Shown one piece after another: positions 25,079 to 27,885 of a DNA stretch of 27,885 bases; positions within the stretch are counted from its first letter, which is position 1; each line of letters begins with the position of its first letter. Below the pieces are notes generated by a model. That model searched no databases. It saw only the letters and a program-made list of their open reading frames with translations, and was not told the DNA's origin. The stretch is from Rhodomicrobiaceae bacterium (GTDB taxonomy: Bacteria > Pseudomonadota > Alphaproteobacteria > Rhizobiales > Rhodomicrobiaceae): the NCBI GenBank assembly GCA_050288485.1, contig JBNKDX010000001.1:1-27885 (forward strand), read 5' to 3'. The translations under genes were made by a program, and so were the position numbers.

Positions 25079-25126
25079 TAGCACGCTGGCGTCTTGGGGA
25101 CCGGCGTAACGGGGGCAGAACATCCG

Positions 25127-27487
25127 ATGCTGTGGACAGCAATGATCAGAGCGAAATTCCTGGCCTGTCTGCTGGTGATGGCGTGCGTATGGTCCGGGGG
25201 GATCGACGCCATCGCAGGCGGCGAAGCTTATGCGCAGTCCGGGGCCGTCATCCGGCAAATTCGCGTTTCCGGCAACAAGCGAATAGCTGCCGAGACCGTG
25301 AAGTCCTATCTGGCCTTCAGCGAGGGCAGCCGCTACAGCGACGCAAAGGCGGACGAGGGGCTGAAGGCTCTGGTCGCCACCGGCCTGTTCGAGAACGTCA
25401 ATATCAGCCAGGCCGGCGGCGTGGTCACGGTCAAGGTGGTTGAGAACTCCGTCATCAACCAGGTCGTTTTCGAGGGCAACAAGGACATCAAGTCCGAGAC
25501 GCTGGCGGCGGAAGTCCAGTTGAAGCCCCGTTCGGTGTTCAGCCGCGCGCGCACCCAGTCCGACGTGCAGCGCATTCTCGACGTGTACCGCCGGTCCGGC
25601 TACTACGCCGTGAAAGTCGACGCCCAGATCATTCAGCTCGACAACGACCGCGTGAACCTGATTTTCGTCATTCAGGAAGGCCCGGAGACGAAGGTTCAGA
25701 GCATCACCTTCATCGGCAACAAGGCTTTCTCCGACTCGCAGCTCCGCAGCGTCATCACGACGACGGAGACGAATTTCCTGAGCTTCCTGAAGTCTACCGA
25801 CGTCTATGACGCCGACCGGCTCAATCTCGACCGCGAGCTTCTGCGCCGCTATTACCTGAAGAACGGCTATGCCGACGCCCGCGTCGTGTCCGCGGTAGCC
25901 AATCTGGATCGCGAGGGCAAGGGCTTCTTCATCACCTTCACCGTCGAGGAAGGCGAATTGTACCACGTCGGCACGGTCAACGTGGAGTCCACGCTGGCGT
26001 CCGTCAACCCGGACGCCCTGCGCCCGGAGGTGCTCACCAACAGCGGCGATATCTACAACGCTGAGCAGGTGGACAAGACCACCGAGAAGCTTACGGTCGC
26101 CGTGGCGGAGCAGGGCTATGCGTTCGGCCAGGTGCGCCCGCGCATCGAGCGTGACCCGATCGGCCGCACGATCAGCGTGTCTTATGTCGTCGAGCAGGGG
26201 CCGCGCGTCTATATCGAGCGCATCAACATCGTCGGCAACGGCCGGACCCGCGACTACGTCATCCGGCGCGAACTGCGCCTTGCGGAGGGCGACGCGTACA
26301 ACCGTTTGCTCGCCGATCAGGCGCGCGGGCGGCTGCAGGCTCTCGGCTTCTTCAAGAGCGTGAAGCTCAAGCGCGAAACCGGCTCGGCTCCGGACCGCGT
26401 GATCCTGACTTTCGATCTCGAAGAGCAGCCCACGGGTGAGCTGTCGCTTGCCGGCGGTTACTCCTCCGCGGAAGGCCCAATTGCCGAGATTTCCTACACC
26501 GAGCGGAACCTCATGGGTAAGGGCCAGTTCCTGCGCGTGAAGGTTTCGGGCAGCTTCGAGAGCGGGCAGGTGGACCTGAGCTTCACGGAGCCGCGTTTCC
26601 TGGACAAGAACATCTCGGCCGGTTTCGACCTCTTCCACAAGGAAGTCGATTACTCCGACCAGTCCGGTTATAAGGATCGCAAGACCGGCGGCGCGCTGCG
26701 CATCGGCTTCGCTCTGACAGACAATGTCTGGTTCCAGCCGAACTACTCCTTCGTTCATGACCAGGTCTTCGACGTGGACGCCGCTACGGCTACTCAGGCG
26801 ATCCAGGACATCGAAGGCGTCGCGAACATCTCGTCGGCCGGCTACTCGATCAGCTACGATACGCGTAACAACCGCAGGGCGCCGAACCGGGGCGTGTATC
26901 TCGCTCTGAATCAGACCGTCGCCGGTTTGGGCGGTGACGTGAACTACGTCCGCAGCGTTGCGGAAGGGCGTGGTTACTACCCGATCTATGAAGGTATTAC
27001 GCTGATCGGCCGCATCATCGGCGGGCATATCGCCGGCTGGGATGGCCAGCAGGTCCGGCTCGTGGATGACTTCTACAAGGGTGGTGAGACCATTCGCGGC
27101 TTTGCGACCTCTGGCATCGGTCCTCGCGTCATCAACAATGATACCGGTGAGGATAACGCGGTCGGCGGCAAGGTCTTCTACGCCGGTACGGTTGAAGTGC
27201 GGTTCCCGCTCCCGTTCATCCCGGATGAGCTTGGGTTCAGCGGTGCGGTGTTTGCGGATGCCGGTTCCGTGTGGAATACCGACGCCATGGCGGATAACAT
27301 GACGTGCGACAGGACGGCTCCTGGCGAGACGCTGTGCGACGAGAACGTCCTGCGGTCGTCGGTCGGCGTCAGTCTCTTGTGGAACTCGCCGGTTGGTCCG
27401 CTGCGCGCCGACTTCGCCCATGTCTTGAGCAAGGCGGAGTTCGACAAAGAGCAGTTCTTCCGGTTCGGCGCTTCGACGGCGTTCTAA
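25127..27487 (+). CDS. bamA: Outer membrane protein assembly factor BamA
   Basis: Signal peptide, five POTRA repeats, IRGF motif (ETIRGF), C-terminal FRFGASTAF. Start at ATG 25127 or 25142. Confidence 0.97.
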   Translation: MLWTAMIRAKFLACLLVMACVWSGGIDAIAGGEAYAQSGAVIRQIRVSGNKRIAAETVKSYLAFSEGSRYSDAKADEGLKALVATGLFENVNISQAGGVVTVKVVENSVINQVVFEGNKDIKSETLAAEVQLKPRSVFSRARTQSDVQRILDVYRRSGYYAVKVDAQIIQLDNDRVNLIFVIQEGPETKVQSITFIGNKAFSDSQLRSVITTTETNFLSFLKSTDVYDADRLNLDRELLRRYYLKNGYADARVVSAVANLDREGKGFFITFTVEEGELYHVGTVNVESTLASVNPDALRPEVLTNSGDIYNAEQVDKTTEKLTVAVAEQGYAFGQVRPRIERDPIGRTISVSYVVEQGPRVYIERINIVGNGRTRDYVIRRELRLAEGDAYNRLLADQARGRLQALGFFKSVKLKRETGSAPDRVILTFDLEEQPTGELSLAGGYSSAEGPIAEISYTERNLMGKGQFLRVKVSGSFESGQVDLSFTEPRFLDKNISAGFDLFHKEVDYSDQSGYKDRKTGGALRIGFALTDNVWFQPNYSFVHDQVFDVDAATATQAIQDIEGVANISSAGYSISYDTRNNRRAPNRGVYLALNQTVAGLGGDVNYVRSVAEGRGYYPIYEGITLIGRIIGGHIAGWDGQQVRLVDDFYKGGETIRGFATSGIGPRVINNDTGEDNAVGGKVFYAGTVEVRFPLPFIPDELGFSGAVFADAGSVWNTDAMADNMTCDRTAPGETLCDENVLRSSVGVSLLWNSPVGPLRADFAHVLSKAEFDKEQFFRFGASTAF

Positions 27488-27511
27488 GGCGCGGGACTTC
27501 GGTCAATCCAG

Positions 27512-27545
27512 CGAAGGCCCCTGCTCAGCGGGGCCTTCGTCGTTT
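27512..27545 (+). terminator. Hairpin between bamA and lpxD
   Basis: Perfect 10 bp stem CGAAGGCCCC/GGGGCCTTCG followed by TCGTTT. Confidence 0.55.
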
Positions 27546-27565
27546 ATGAAAACAAGAATAACAAC

Positions 27566-27885
27566 ATGGAACACCCAGGCTTCTTTCATCGTGCGGGCCC
27601 TTTCACGCTGGCGAAAGTCGCCGGTGAGACTGGCGCCACGCTTGACGATCCGGCCCGCGGCGGCGTCGAGGCCCGGGATATCCGTCCGCTCGCCGAGGCT
27701 GGCGCCGCCGACATCGCCTTCCTCGACAACCCGAAATATCTGCAGCAGCTTCAGGCGACAGAAGCCGTGGCGTGCTTCATGCAGCCCAAATTCGCCGGAC
27801 GCGCCCCGGCCGGCACCACCGCGCTGCTGACGGCCATTTTGGGGTTGGCGGAAAGTCTGGGGGTGCGGGTTGAACTGGAGCGGCA
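27566..27885 (+). CDS. lpxD: UDP-3-O-acyl-glucosamine N-acyltransferase, N-terminal part (runs off the window; not in the ORF track)
   Basis: ATG 27566 reads MEHPGFFHRAGPFTLAKVA...IRPLAEAGAADIAFLDNPKYLQQL...AVACF. Expected position after bamA. Confidence 0.88.
   Translation, partial: MEHPGFFHRAGPFTLAKVAGETGATLDDPARGGVEARDIRPLAEAGAADIAFLDNPKYLQQLQATEAVACFMQPKFAGRAPAGTTALLTAILGLAESLGVRVELER

Noticed and set aside
24860-27421. 853 aa antisense ORF, and similar long antisense ORFs at 5681-6736, 6597-7817, 12700-14274 and 18542-19609
   Set aside because: Shadow frames of well-supported genes in high-GC DNA, with no motifs.
27488-27565. Missing skp between bamA and lpxD
   Set aside because: Direct bamA-lpxD adjacency is usual in this lineage.

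Overview
High-GC alphaproteobacterial (Hyphomicrobiales-like) chromosomal window in three parts. (1) 1-3.6 kb is mobile-element debris: a decayed four-gene element (SEC-C/TPR gene, Cys-rich HTH gene, DDE transposase, ExeA-like AAA+ ATPase) joined tail-to-tail to a truncated IS4-family transposase. These genes are interrupted by at least six ~35-38 bp hairpin insertions from three sequence families and one nested ~138 bp composite; removing them restores the reading frames, apart from one separate +1 frameshift. (2) 3.75-10.07 kb is an apparent operon for a synthase-dependent exopolysaccharide: a Cys-rich (TackOD1-like) protein with a degenerate GGDEF domain that keeps the RxxD c-di-GMP site, a UDP-HexNAc-type 6-dehydrogenase, a UDP-uronate decarboxylase-like SDR, a processive GT2 synthase, a coupled 32-codon micro-ORF and a membrane fusion protein. 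(3) 10.2-27.9 kb is ordinary core genome: NDUFA9-like SDR, GST/FzlA-like, queG, SDR, ppx/gppA, DUF2059-like exported protein, then rpsB-tsf-pyrH-frr-uppS-cdsA-dxr-rseP-bamA-lpxD (partial). All calls are from motif recognition and hand alignment only; no database searches were run.
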